Positions 14,268 through 24,812 are shown, counted from the stretch's first letter. The stretch: 64,000 nt of DNA from Mobula birostris (GCF_030028105.1 NC_092378.1:35892715-35956714); one strand, 5' to 3'. Notes: a model not told the origin generated them from the sequence alone. Program-made: numbers and translations.

Positions 14268-15212
14268 ATCAGAATCAGGTTTATTATCACTGGCATATGA
14301 CGTGAAATTTGTTAACTTAGCAGCAGCTCAATGCAATACATAATCTAGCAGGGAAAAAAAATAATAAACAAGTAAATCAATTACGTATGTTGAATAGATT
14401 TTAAAAAAGTGCAAAAGCAGAAATACTGTATATTTAAATTAAAAGTGAGGTAATGTCCAAATATTCAATGTCCATTTAGGAATCCGATGGCAGGGGGAAG
14501 AAGCTGTTCCTGAATCGCTGAGTGTGTGCCTTCAGGACTTCTGTACCTCCTACCTGATGCAACAGTGAGAAAAGGGCATGCCCTGGGTGCTGGAGGTCCT
14601 TAATAATGGACGCTGCCTCTCTGAGAAGACTTCTCTTCTTCAGTTGCCAACAGTGGAAGACGTGACAAGTTGTCTGCATTGCTGTGTTGCTTGGTAAACT
14701 TGAACTCTATGTTATAAGAGTGGGCTTCCAGAAAAAGTGCCCAACATTGCAACTAGGTAGCGGTCATCACTGGAATTCCCTTCCTGGCATTGAAAATGGA
14801 CACAAGGGGCTGGTGATCTGTCACTAGAGTAAACTTCTGTCTGCAGGCATAGTGGATGAACTCTTTTACTCTCCATACTAGACTGAGGGCCTCTCAGTTG
14901 ATCTGTGTACGGTTGTGTTTTGTGTTGGCTAGTACCCAAGATGGAGCTGACTAGATTTACAACCTTCTGCAGCTTCTTTCGGTCCTGTGCAGTAGCCCCT
15001 CCATACCAGACAGTGATGCAGCCTGTCAGAATGCTCTCCACAGTACAACTATAGAAGTTTTTGAGTGTATTTGTTGACATGCCAAATCTCTTCAGACTCC
15101 TAATAAAGTATAGCTGCTGTCTTGCCTTCTTTATAACTACATCGATATGTTGGGACCAAGTTAGATCCTCAGTGATCTTGACACACAGGAACATGAAGCT
15201 GCTCACTCTCAC
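14268..15212 (-). mobile_element. Rex1-type LINE 3' part containing an embedded Gypsy RNase H fragment
   Basis: DUF1891-like 'KKARQQLYFIRSLKRFGMSTNTLKNFYSCTVESILTGCITVWYG' and 'IIKDLQHPGHALFSLL'. Tail AATCAGAATCAGGTTTATT on +. Confidence 0.85.
14627..14925 (-). mobile_element. Isolated Gypsy RNase H-region fragment
   Basis: Clearly homologous to 12489-12775, e.g. the shared GTAGCGGTCATCACTGGAATTCCCTTCCTGGCATTGAAAA. Confidence 0.85.
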
Positions 15213-15534
15213 TAATCTAGTTAAAATGTGGAGTAAGGAATGAATAGGGCATTTCAGAAAGGTCTTCTTGATTAGAATTTTAATCCTGATTTATTATTCA
15301 GGGGAAGAGGAGCAGGGTTATCTTCCTTGTGCCCGAGGCATCTTTCATGCTACAAGCCACAAACCAGAATACATTATATATTTATCTTATCTAGTCTTTG
15401 CGGGTTCCAAACTTGCCTTGCAGAACAGCCATAACTACAATTCAATAGCCATAACCTATTTTGGACGATGCCATGCTATAGAGATCTGTATCACTGCATG
15501 GAGTAGTTTGCTTTCCTTCTAACGATGCTGGGAC

Positions 15535-16375
15535 CAATGTTCCCTCTAAGGTGTGTGTGCATGTGTGCGCACACACTCAACTTTTGCTACTAGCTCACAA
15601 AGGAACTTAAACTGCATACAAAAGTTTGTCACCACCTATCTCATTGGCAGGTTAAGTATATTTCATGATCATACACAATCACATTTCCTTTTCTAGTTTC
15701 TGATGCGGACAGTGTTGACAACGTTGGAGTTTGTGATGATTTGTCTGCAGATTTTAGAACTGGCTTACTTACACTGTTTTTATTGAGGACATTATTGATT
15801 CACTACATCGAATTCCAAAGAAGCAAAGGGCATGAAACTGCTAGTTCATTTGAAGCAGAATAGCTTAATGAAACTGTAGAAACTGCTACACCAAAAATTC
15901 ATGAGGTCAGGAACATGCAACTATGAGAAATATTAATGTTCAATACAGAAACTGGCATTACCTGCGTGTATTGTCACTATGCAAAAGTTGCTGGAGATTT
16001 TGCAAGTGGGAAGAAGTGGAGTGATATTTGGAAACTTGAGTTTTTAAAAGCATCATTTAGCAAGCAAATCACATTGGATGGCGAGAGAACCCTTCATTAC
16101 TTGCTATAGGCTTGATACGTATTTTTGTAAGAGTGCAGATGAACGCAAGTAAACATGATCAAACCCAGAGGAGATCAAAGTTCTTATTGACCGTTATTAT
16201 ATATCTTTTTTGAAACAAACAATAAACTGGACTTGATAGTTAACGATCCTTAGAATAGCTTCAGGTTTTCTTCCATCTAAAAATTCAGTGTGCACATTTT
16301 GTTGTCACTGGGCAAAAAATTGCACAGCACAAGATTTTTGTGCACACTGGTTGTTACAAATTAGAGGGAACACTG
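15535..16375 (+). mobile_element. Non-autonomous hAT DNA transposon (Tip100/Zaphod-like) with a transposase N-terminal remnant
   Basis: 15-bp TIRs CAATGTTCCCTCTAA (15535-15549) and TTAGAGGGAACACTG (16361-16375). 8-bp TSD GCTGGGAC/GCTGGGAT. An internal frame reads 'ITCVYCHYAKVAGDFASGKKWSDIWKLEF', followed after a frameshift by 'KHHLASKSH'. Confidence 0.85.
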
Positions 16376-17435
16376 GCTGGGATGTCTCTTTCTATGGCTA
16401 ATGTAAAAGAATCATTTTGGTCTATGTTTCCTGCTCCTAAGCTCTTTGTGAACCATGTTCCTACTGAGGCCTGCAGTGCAGTGTGTTGGGCATTTGCTGT
16501 GGAGGAGATCAGCTCTGATTTACAGTTCTCTCCAGATTGCTGAACACAGCAGAAGTCCTTTAATAATATCCACCTTTAGCACGCATACAGTCTAATCAGC
16601 TGCTTCTGGGAATAATCCAAGCTCTCTCAGTACTCCAGGACAGCAGGCAAGACCTCATCATGCTGAGGCTCCTCACATACAGAGGTGCACTTGAGCATTT
16701 TCTTTTAAAGGACAGCATTCTGCACAGGATTCAAGACGAATGTGACCATTGCTTCTCTCAGAATGCTGGCATTGTGCTTCTTATTGCTATTTTATATAGT
16801 CCTCTAACTCTATTTTAGTTTTCTAACATATTGCTTTGAAAACTTTACCACAGAAAGCACCCTCATATTCTGGCCCTCTTCCAAGATGCATGCAGACTTC
16901 AAAGGAAATTCCATGCAACAACATTTATCTATCACAGCACAAAAACTGCCACCTGCAGCATCAACGAACATTTATTTCAGTCACTTACCTTGAGGCTTTG
17001 GACTTGCGTGTGATTTGACTGTGATTGGGGTATTTCTCCCATTTATGTCCTGAGCATCATTTCTTGCTGTACTCCTGAAAGTTCTTACAATTGGCTTAGA
17101 AGAATTTGGCAGACTGGACCTACGGTCTGATGCAGAAAACTTCAAGTGTTTGAAACTGTTGGCTGTGGATAAAACAACAGAAAGAACCATTATAAAGATT
17201 AGCTGTGGTTAGCACTTTCAATTTGGCAATTTATTTTTGATTTCCTCACATCTGAAGACTACATTAACTGAATACTTCATCTTGAATTGCTTTTGACAGA
17301 AAAATATTGTCAATAACTCAATTTTTTTTATAGTTAGCAGTCATTACTGTGATGGAGTAAGGTCAGTCTTGATTGAAGTTAAAAGAATCAATACATTGTT
17401 TGAACCATTATCCAGGCCAATAAAAAATCTCTTCA

Positions 17436-17790
17436 ATGAAGCATCCATCATCAAGGACTCCCACCACCCCAGGCCATGCTCTCCTCTCTGCTGCCATCAT
17501 AGAGGAGGGACAGGAGGCTCAGGACCCACACCACCAGGTTCAAAAACAGTTACTACCCCTCAACCACTGTGCTACTGAACCAGAGGGGATAACCTCTCAG
17601 CTTAACTTCCCCCACCACTAAACTGTTCCCACAACCTATGGACTCACTTTCAAGGAATCTATATCTCATATTCTTGATATTTATTGTTTATTTATTTATT
17701 ATTATTTTCTTTTACTTTGTATTTTCACAGTTTGTTGTCTTTGCTGTGCATGCCCACAAGAAAATGAATCTCAGGGTTGCATATCGTGAC
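17436..17790 (+). mobile_element. Rex1-type LINE 3' end
   Basis: GCATCCATCATCAAGGACTCCCACCACCCCAGGCCATGCT and the typical 3' UTR AAGAAAATGAATCTCAGGGT. Confidence 0.75.
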
Positions 17791-17989
17791 ATGGACCCAT
17801 CCCATTAACCGAGGGGTCCCTGGACCCCAGATTGGGAACCCCTACTCTAGACTGAATTATAATATTTGTACAAAAATGGATGAGAAAATAGTGATGAGGA
17901 ATAGAAACATTTTGGAGAAGTGCGGCGAAAAGGCAAGGTGGCAAGGCCTGTATCCATTCACTGTGACTCTCTCAGGCACAAATATTCGA

Positions 17990-18830
17990 AGTTCCAAGTA
18001 AACTTACTGTCAAAGCATGTATATGTTATGAAATACAACCCTGAAATTCATTTTCTTACAGGCATTTGGAATAGAAGAAGAAAAGCTATACCCAAAGACC
18101 GACAGATCGTGCAAGGACAAAAAGAAACAAATAATAAACAAACAAACAAACAAATAAATCTGAGAACACGAGTTGCAGAGTCCTTGAAAGCGAGTCCAAA
18201 GGTTGTGTTCAATGATTAGTTCAGTGTTGTGGTGAGTGAAGATGTCCATGCTGGTTCAGGAGCCTGATGGTTGAAAGGTAATAGCTGTTTCTGAACCTAA
18301 CAGTTTGGCACCCAAAGCTGCTGTACCTTCTTCCTGGATGCTAGCAGCAAGAAGGGAGCATAACCTGGATGGTGGGGGTCCTTGATTATGCAGTCGCTTT
18401 CTCTTGGTAGTACTCCTGTTAGATGCGTTCAATGGTGGGTTGGGGTGGGCTTTTCCAGTGATGAACTGGGCTGTATCCATCACTTTTTATTGATTTGCCA
18501 CTCTTGGGCACTGGTGCTTCCATAGCAGATCGTTGCGCATCTTGTCAGGATACTGTCCAATGTGCATCCATAAAAGTTTGTCAGAGTTTAAGATGACATG
18601 TCAAACTTCTAAAGGAAAGGCTCTGCCATGCTTTCTTTGAAATTACACTTATATGCTGCCCCCAGGACAAATCTTCTGACATGATAACACCAAGGAATTT
18701 AAAGTTACTGACCCTCTCCACCTCCAGTCCTCTAATCAGCACTGGCTCATGGACCCCCAATTTCTTCCATCAGCTCTTTATTTTTCCAGACGTTGAATGA
18801 GAGGTTGTTGTGTTGCACCTCTCATCCAGA
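17990..18830 (-). mobile_element. Rex1-type LINE 3' part
   Basis: ORF 18256-18483 'DTAQFITGKA' plus the same 3' UTR seen in other copies. Confidence 0.7.
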
Positions 18831-19029
18831 TTTTCAATCTTCCAGTTATAGCAACAGCCATCAAGGTTTGATTGTAAGGAACTTGTACGTTCTCCCTGTG
18901 ACCGCATGGGTTTCCTTCTGATGCTCCAGCTTCTCCCCACTCTCCAAAGACATAAAGGACAGGGTCAGAAGTTGTGGGAAACCACGGTGACACTTGCAGG
19001 CTGCTCCTCCGCACACACTCGGATCGTGT

Positions 19030-19345
19030 TGGTCATTGTCCTCATCAGGGGATCAGAGGTGGAGAGAGTCTGCAACTTTAAATTCCTCAGCGTTATCGTT
19101 TCACAGGACCTGCCCTGGGCCCAGCAGGCAAGTGCCATTACAAAGAAAGCAGAGCAGCGCCTCTGCTTTTTTTTAGAATTTTGCACAGATTTGGCATATC
19201 ATCCAAATCGTTGACAAAATTTTATACTTCGGTGTAGAGTATACTGACCGGTTGCATCACGGCCTGGAACGGGAACACCAATGTTCTAGAACAGAAAACC
19301 TACAAGGAGTAGTGGATACAGCCCAGTCTATCACAGGTAAAGCAG
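19030..19345 (+). mobile_element. Rex1-type LINE internal fragment, preceded by a V-SINE fragment (~18875-19000)
   Basis: 'VLIRGSEVERVCNFKFLSVIVSQDLPWAQQASAITKKAEQRLCF' and 'LQGVVDTAQSITGK'. Confidence 0.7.
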
Positions 19346-19511
19346 AGTCCACAATACTGGTGGCCAATATTGCCAGAACCATTGAAGAGCAATGTAGGAC
19401 TATGGACCACCGATTGTATTTCCATGAACTTGCCTTTTATTGTTTCATTCTTTTTTCTGCACTAAAATCTTGCTTTTGCACAACACTTTTCAATGTATAA
19501 TTTAGGTACTA

Positions 19512-19772
19512 TTGATTGATTGATTGATTGACATACAGCATGAAATAGGCCTTTCCGGCCCTTTGAGCTACAATAACCAGCAAACCCCCAATTTAATCCT
19601 AGCCTAATCACACGACAATTACAATGACCAATCAATCTACTAACTGGTACATCTTTGGACTGTGGGAGGAAACCCACACGGTCACGAGGAAAATGCACAA
19701 ACTCCTTACAGACAGTGGTGGGAATTGAAACCGGGTTGTCTGTACGGTAAAGCGTTGTGCTAACCACTATGC
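19512..19772 (-). mobile_element. V-SINE (HE1-like tRNA-derived SINE)
   Basis: Minus strand: TAGTGGTTAGCAC (A box), GGTTTCAATTCCC (B box), V-domain CCTCCCACAGTCCAAAGATGTAC and CR1-type tail GGCCTATTTCATGCTGTATG followed by (TCAA)n. Confidence 0.8.
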
Positions 19773-21777
19773 TGCTGTGTGTTGTCTGTAATGCTGCTGC
19801 AAGCATGTTTTCGATGCATTTCATGTTTTGCTGAATGTGTGCACATGACAACAAACTCAATTTGATTTGATTTGAAAATAACTCAGCCAAAGGCAATGTC
19901 CCCCCCAAGATCCTAATTGTGATGTGTGGGCCACATTCTTTGCTCAGTCAAAACCAGCCTTCCAACACAGGCATCTACTCAGAACCTTATCATGGCACAA
20001 GATTACCAGGCAGCTGACAAACTGACATGTGGCAATTCCCTGGTCTGGGATCCATCAAAATTGAGAGGACACCAAGAACCTTGAATCCTTTTGTCAAAAG
20101 CATACAGAAGGGAACATTACCTTCCACATTATTATCCACCAACCTAGCAAGCAACTCCTACCCAGTGGCAGAGTCTGCAGAATCCACATCGGCCACCTTC
20201 GAACCCATATAAGATGAAGTAAGTCATTCTCTATGTGCAGAGACAACCTGAAAAGGGTGAACCATTCCTGGGCCTAAAGCTTTTCTAGATTCTACAGTTT
20301 AATGTATGTGTCCTCCAATTACACCCTCTCAAAATGCAACTGCTCACATTTTTTTAGTTTCTATTGTTTGTTCCCATGTCTTTTCCACCCCTTCATTTTC
20401 ATTCCTATACTTTGCTCAAATCTTTCATTTTTTCATTTCAATTATCTTCTAGACAATTTTGTAATTCCCCTTGAATATCAATTCCATTATCCTTTGCTTT
20501 TGAGTAATCGTTTTTAATACCTCACTTTATGAAATGCATATTTTACATGTTATTTGCACTGCTAATGAGAACAAACCTTGCCACGTACATTTGTGATAGA
20601 AATAAGTAGCCTTAGGCCAGGATAACTAGAACTTGATACATCTTGGTCCCTCTTTGCATTCAAGAAGTATCTCATCCCTTGGTACGTATTCCTGCACTGG
20701 CTCGTCCACAGCAGCGCCCACTGATCTCATGTGGTTTGATAAACCCTCCTCGAACTTTAACAAAATTAATTACTGACTAGTTAAAATAAACACCTAAAAA
20801 AAACAACAAACTTAAAATTGTAAGATATGAGTGTTTTTTTTAAAAAGATACATACAACTATTAACAAAATACCCTCGTTGGATAATGTTGTATATCCACC
20901 CATTTGCTGCATTCATCATTGCAAAAAATGCTCTCTCAAACAACCAAGATTTTAAAAGTTAAAGTGAAAATCTCAATCAGGAGCGATGACTGTGGGGAAT
21001 ACCAATGCAGCATCGGTGGAGTTAGGAACATAGCTAACTGAGGAAATTATGTCTTAGGTTCAGGCTTGGCTAGAATAGTTGTAGGTTATTAATTTCCATT
21101 TAATTTGAAACTGCTTTGTCCAGTTTTAGGGGAGGTTGCAAGTTTATTTCAATATTTAAATATGGCTACATGACTTATGGATCTGACTAGGGTTTCAGAC
21201 CCCAAGAACTATGAGAAGGTTGTCAATCATTGCCAGGTCAAGAATCGGACATACTTCATTGAGATTCTAGCTTTCCCAAGCCCTGCCATTGTAGTAGCCA
21301 CCACCGATTCTGTCCACCCCAGGTCCTGACATCCCTTCTCACTCTTCGCTGATGTTCGTTAAGCTCCCTTCCCCTAAGCCTTGCTTATCTCCCTCAAATA
21401 TTGAGCCCAATCTTTGTCCTTTCTGTCACTCTGGTGCTGATAGCCCACAATTTGACAGCCAGCCTCTCTAAATGGAGATGGAGATGGAAATGTTGGGTGT
21501 AGTACCCTCACACTGCCTCATGGCCCACCCAGTACCTTACCCAGCAAACACGAGGTCCAAAACTTCAGCTCACCAAGTGGGAAACTTCAGCAAACAACAC
21601 CTAATTTGAACCAGGTCTCCCGAATTTGTAGGAAAAGGTAATTTGTCATGTCAATGCAGCAAATCTGTTTTTTATTAATGTCAAATTGCTAATGGCAATG
21701 GTTAGGCAGGAAGCTCATATTGTGCACTGGCATTATGTAGAATTAAACAACAGTATCTTAAGGCAAGTGAAAGGGAT

Positions 21778-22002
21778 TTCAATATTTAATATTTAAGTAA
21801 TATTTGAGTAATATTGTAAATATATTGTTTGAGTAGGCATTCTTTATTTAAATAATTACAGGTTATATGTAAAAATACGTGAATTGCATCCGTCATGATA
21901 CATGCGGGCCTCACTTTACAAGTAAATATAAAATACGACTTATCTCCTGACTCTTGTTTTGTTTTGAATTAGTTTAATGTTTTGAAGTTACAGAGCATTA
22001 AC
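21778..22002 (+). repeat. 5' LTR of the RBM25-carrying Gypsy element
   Basis: Diverged direct repeat of 24077-24313; shared blocks include TATTTAATATTT, AGTAATATTGTAA, TTACAGGTTATATG, GTGAATTGCAT and TTAATGTTTTG.AGTTACA. Ends in ...AACA. The 5' TG is not recognisable. Confidence 0.85.
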
Positions 22003-22317
22003 AGTGGTGATGTATTTTAAAACGAACCTGAGACTACCTACTTGAAGCGCAGTGAGACGTTCGAGTTTTAAAAAAGTGCAGCACGTGTTCTTCAGAAGGG
22101 AAGGCACGACTGAGTAAAAAAAGACAGGAAACAGAAGAATTTAAGGGTTCATAAACTCTAATAATAACCAATAAAAATAAAAATGGCTGGCTACATTGGA
22201 AAGATTGAAGCGTTTGATAAAACAACTGATAACTGGATTTTGTATACTGAAAAGATTGAGCAGTGTTTTAGGAGCACTAATCTGCGTGCTTTTGATAAAC
22301 AATCTGATAATAATGAG

Positions 22318-22640
22318 CAACACACATCAAAGTTGCTGGTGAACGCAGCAGGCCAGGCAGCATCTCTAGGAAGAGGTACAGTCGACATTTCAGGCCGAGA
22401 CCCTTCGTCAGGACTAACTGTAGGAAGAGTGAGTAAGAGATTTGAAAGTGGGAGGGGGAGGGGGAGACCCAAAAAAAATCTCTCACTAGCTCTTCTTTCA
22501 GTTAGTCCTGACAAAGGGTCTCGGCCTGAAACGTCGACTGTACCTCTTCCTAGAGATGCTGCCTGGCCTGCTGTGTTCACCAGCAACTTTGATGTGTGTT
22601 GCTTGAATTTCCAGCATCTGCAGAATTCCTCGTGTTTGCG
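22318..22640. mobile_element. Fold-back Penelope-derived element with two minimal hammerhead motifs, each with one substitution
   Basis: Inverted arms of ~100 bp. Perfect 13-bp TSD TGATAATAATGAG (22305-22317 and 22641-22653). The + arm reads AGTC-CTGACAA-AGGGTCTCGGCCT-GAAAC-GTC-GACT. Confidence 0.85.
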
Positions 22641-23122
22641 TGATAATAATGAGAATGGGACAGGACTGGGTAGCTTTGAGTTTTACAATATGAAAACAAG
22701 CAATATGGCACGTGCCAAAAGCGAACAGCAGATTAATTAAAATGGAACAGAACACTGGCTCAGCTGTTTCAGTCAATCCGCAAAATGAGTTTGAACAGCA
22801 TTTCAAATGACTGAAGCATGTAGATATCCAACTAAGAACTAATACTGAAGGAAAAAAAAACTCCTGAGGGAATGAGATTCGTAACAGTGAAATACACCAA
22901 CCAAAAAGCCACATTGGGATTGTATGTGGGGAAGAAACAGGAGGACCAGCATTGTTGGGAAGTGATTGGCTGACACAACTATAACTTGATTGGAGATCCA
23001 TCCACCCCCTGCGTGCCAGATCAAAAGAGTCAACTAAAAATGAATTAAGAAAGGTAGTGCATGATACCGCAACTGTCTCCATGCTGCACATCATAACTTG
23101 TTGCTCAACAGAGGGCAAACAG

Positions 23123-23755
23123 GTGCTGGTGCCAACCTCCGTGCCTCTGATCTGAAAGCATACTGGACCAAGGAAGGGCCATGTTGCTCAGAGGAAGTGT
23201 GGAATTGATGAAAGTAGTCATCCAACAACGACAGTTTTTGTAGGTAACATATCTGAGAAAGCCTCTGATATGTTAATCAGGCAGTTACTTGAGAAATGTG
23301 GCTTGGTTTTAAGTTGGAAGAGAGTTCAAGGTTGTGGCAGTAATGCACCATTAAGCTGGATGCCACCCACTGTTAAACAAGATGGAGGAGAAGGAGAAGA
23401 GGCTTCAAGGAGCTTCAGTAAGTGTTCAGCTTTTGTGAGTATAAAGAACCAGAATCTACTCTGCGTGCATTAAGGTTACTGCATGAAACTTCAAGTGGGA
23501 GATGAAATGCTGCTTGTAAAAATAGATGCAAAGACCAAAGCACAGCTGGATGAATGGAAGGCCAAAAAGAAATGAGTAAATGGAGATACAAAAACAAAGG
23601 ATTCATCAAGATGATATTGTGGATGAGGAAACCAAGAAGAGAGATCAGATTGTAAAAAGAGCAATAGAAGGATTAATCAGAGAATACTCCAGTGGACTTA
23701 ATGAATCTTCCCAAGATCAAGGTGCATAAACTAGAGAAAAAGGAACGAGAAGAAA
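23123..23755 (+). pseudogene. RBM25: Processed (intronless) fragment of RNA-binding protein 25, RRM region, disabled
   Basis: Translates as VLVPT...PTTTVFVGNISEKASDMLIRQLLEKCGLVLSWKRVQG / FCEYKEPESTLRALRLLHE / LQVGDEMLLVKIDAKTKAQLDEWKAKKK / DEETKKRDQIVKRAIEGLIREYSS, which matches vertebrate RBM25 as I recall it. It has in-frame stops (e.g. TGA 23153-23155), frameshifts and a 72-bp insertion. Confidence 0.93.
23332..23403 (+). mobile_element. 72-bp insertion in the RBM25 fragment, probably the extreme 3' end of a non-LTR (RTE-like) element
   Basis: Flanked by the direct repeat TTCAAGG (23325-23331 and 23404-23410); ends in a (GAG/GAA)n-like tail. The family assignment is tentative. Confidence 0.6.
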
Positions 23756-24076
23756 GGTATCGAGAGCAGTCAGAATCGCTTCTAACAGTCTCAAAGTCAA
23801 CTCCCACAACCGCCATGGAGGAGGCCCCAGAACCTGAGACTGCTTCACAGCCACAAGTCTCACCTGCCAAGCAGAGCGACCTCCTTTGTCAGGAAAGATG
23901 TTATCCCACAGAGTAAGAAATTTTCCACGAAGATTAATCTTTAGGGCTAAATGGGACAATTTAAAATTTAATGTGCTGTGGATGCCTGTATGTAGTAGTT
24001 GTCTTATTCAGTATATTGCGTATATAGTTGAGGTGTATTCTGTATCGAGTTAGTTTATAGCGAAGCAAGGAGGAGT

Positions 24077-24313
24077 GTTGTGTATTTAATATTTCACTAA
24101 TATCTCAGTAATATTGTAATTATGTTGTTGATTAAACATTCTTTATTTGTTTAAATAATTCATTACAGGTTATATGCAAAAATATGTGAATTGCATACAT
24201 CATCATACATATGCGCCTCGCTTAAAAAGTAAAAATGAAGTACATGAATTATCTTCTGACTCCCCAGTTTTCCTTTGAACTAGCTTAATGTTTTGGAGTT
24301 ACAAAACATGAGA
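24077..24313 (+). repeat. 3' LTR of the RBM25-carrying Gypsy element
   Basis: Starts TGTTGTG directly after the polypurine tract; homologous to 21778-22002. Confidence 0.88.
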
Positions 24314-24504
24314 AGTGTAGTGTTATTGGGTGGGTCCAGGGAAGGGACAACCAATGCTGTTCATTAGAGGTTCTGCAAGAAGCACACTTGCAGACCTCTG
24401 CTTAATATTTATAGACACCAAATGTACATTTTTAGTGACCGTTTCCAGTATTCCCTGCAAGTTTGGATTAGGCCCTCCTTAACGTTGGTGGTATGGGGCC
24501 TACT

Positions 24505-24812
24505 GTGTTGGCGTGGCCAAGTGGTCAAGGTGTTCGTCTGGTGATTCAAAGGTCGCTAGTTCGAGTCTTGGCTGAGGCAGCGTGTGTGTCCTTGAGCAAG
24601 GCACTTTACCACACATTGCTCTGCGACGACACTGGTGCCAAGCTGTATGGGTCCTAATGCCCTTCCCTTGGACAACATCGGTGGCATGGAGAGGGGAGAT
24701 TTGCAGCATGGGCACTGCTGGTCTTCCATACGACCTTGCCCAGGCCTGTGCCCTGGAAACCTTCCAAGGCGCAAATCCATGGTCTCACGAGACTAACGGA
24801 TGCCTATATATA
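24505..24812 (+). mobile_element. tRNA-derived SINE with a CORE-like domain and an RTE-like tail
   Basis: A box TGGCCAAGTGG (24514-24524), B box AGTTCGAGTC (24558-24567), CORE-like GTGTCCTTGAGCAAGGCACTT, tail CCATGGTCTCACGAGACTAACGGATGCC(TA)n. Confidence 0.75.

Larger units (their letters stand above)
21778..24313 (+). mobile_element. Internally deleted Gypsy LTR retrotransposon with both LTRs, carrying a captured RBM25 cDNA fragment
   Basis: In order: 5' LTR, degenerate PBS (GTGGTGATG, 22003), gag start MAGYIGKIEAFDKTTDNWILYTEKIEQCF (22183), protease remnant MEQNTGSAVSV (22742), RBM25 piece, integrase tail EEAPEPETASQPQVSPAKQSDLLCQERCYPT, PPT AAGCAAGGAGGAG (24064-24076), 3' LTR. Confidence 0.9.

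Noticed and set aside
14712-15212. ALKBH8-like host gene (DUF1891 match)
   Set aside because: This motif is part of Rex1-type LINE ORFs and recurs in many degenerate copies in the window.
22183-22740. 185-aa ORF as a novel protein
   Set aside because: It is a chance fusion of the Gypsy gag N-terminus, the inserted fold-back element and the gag-protease linker.
23123-23755. Functional RBM25 gene or exon cluster
   Set aside because: It has in-frame stops, frameshifts and an insertion, no introns, lacks both ends of the gene, and lies between LTRs.
24505-24580. tRNA gene
   Set aside because: The A and B boxes continue into a SINE body and tail, and no complete cloverleaf is evident.
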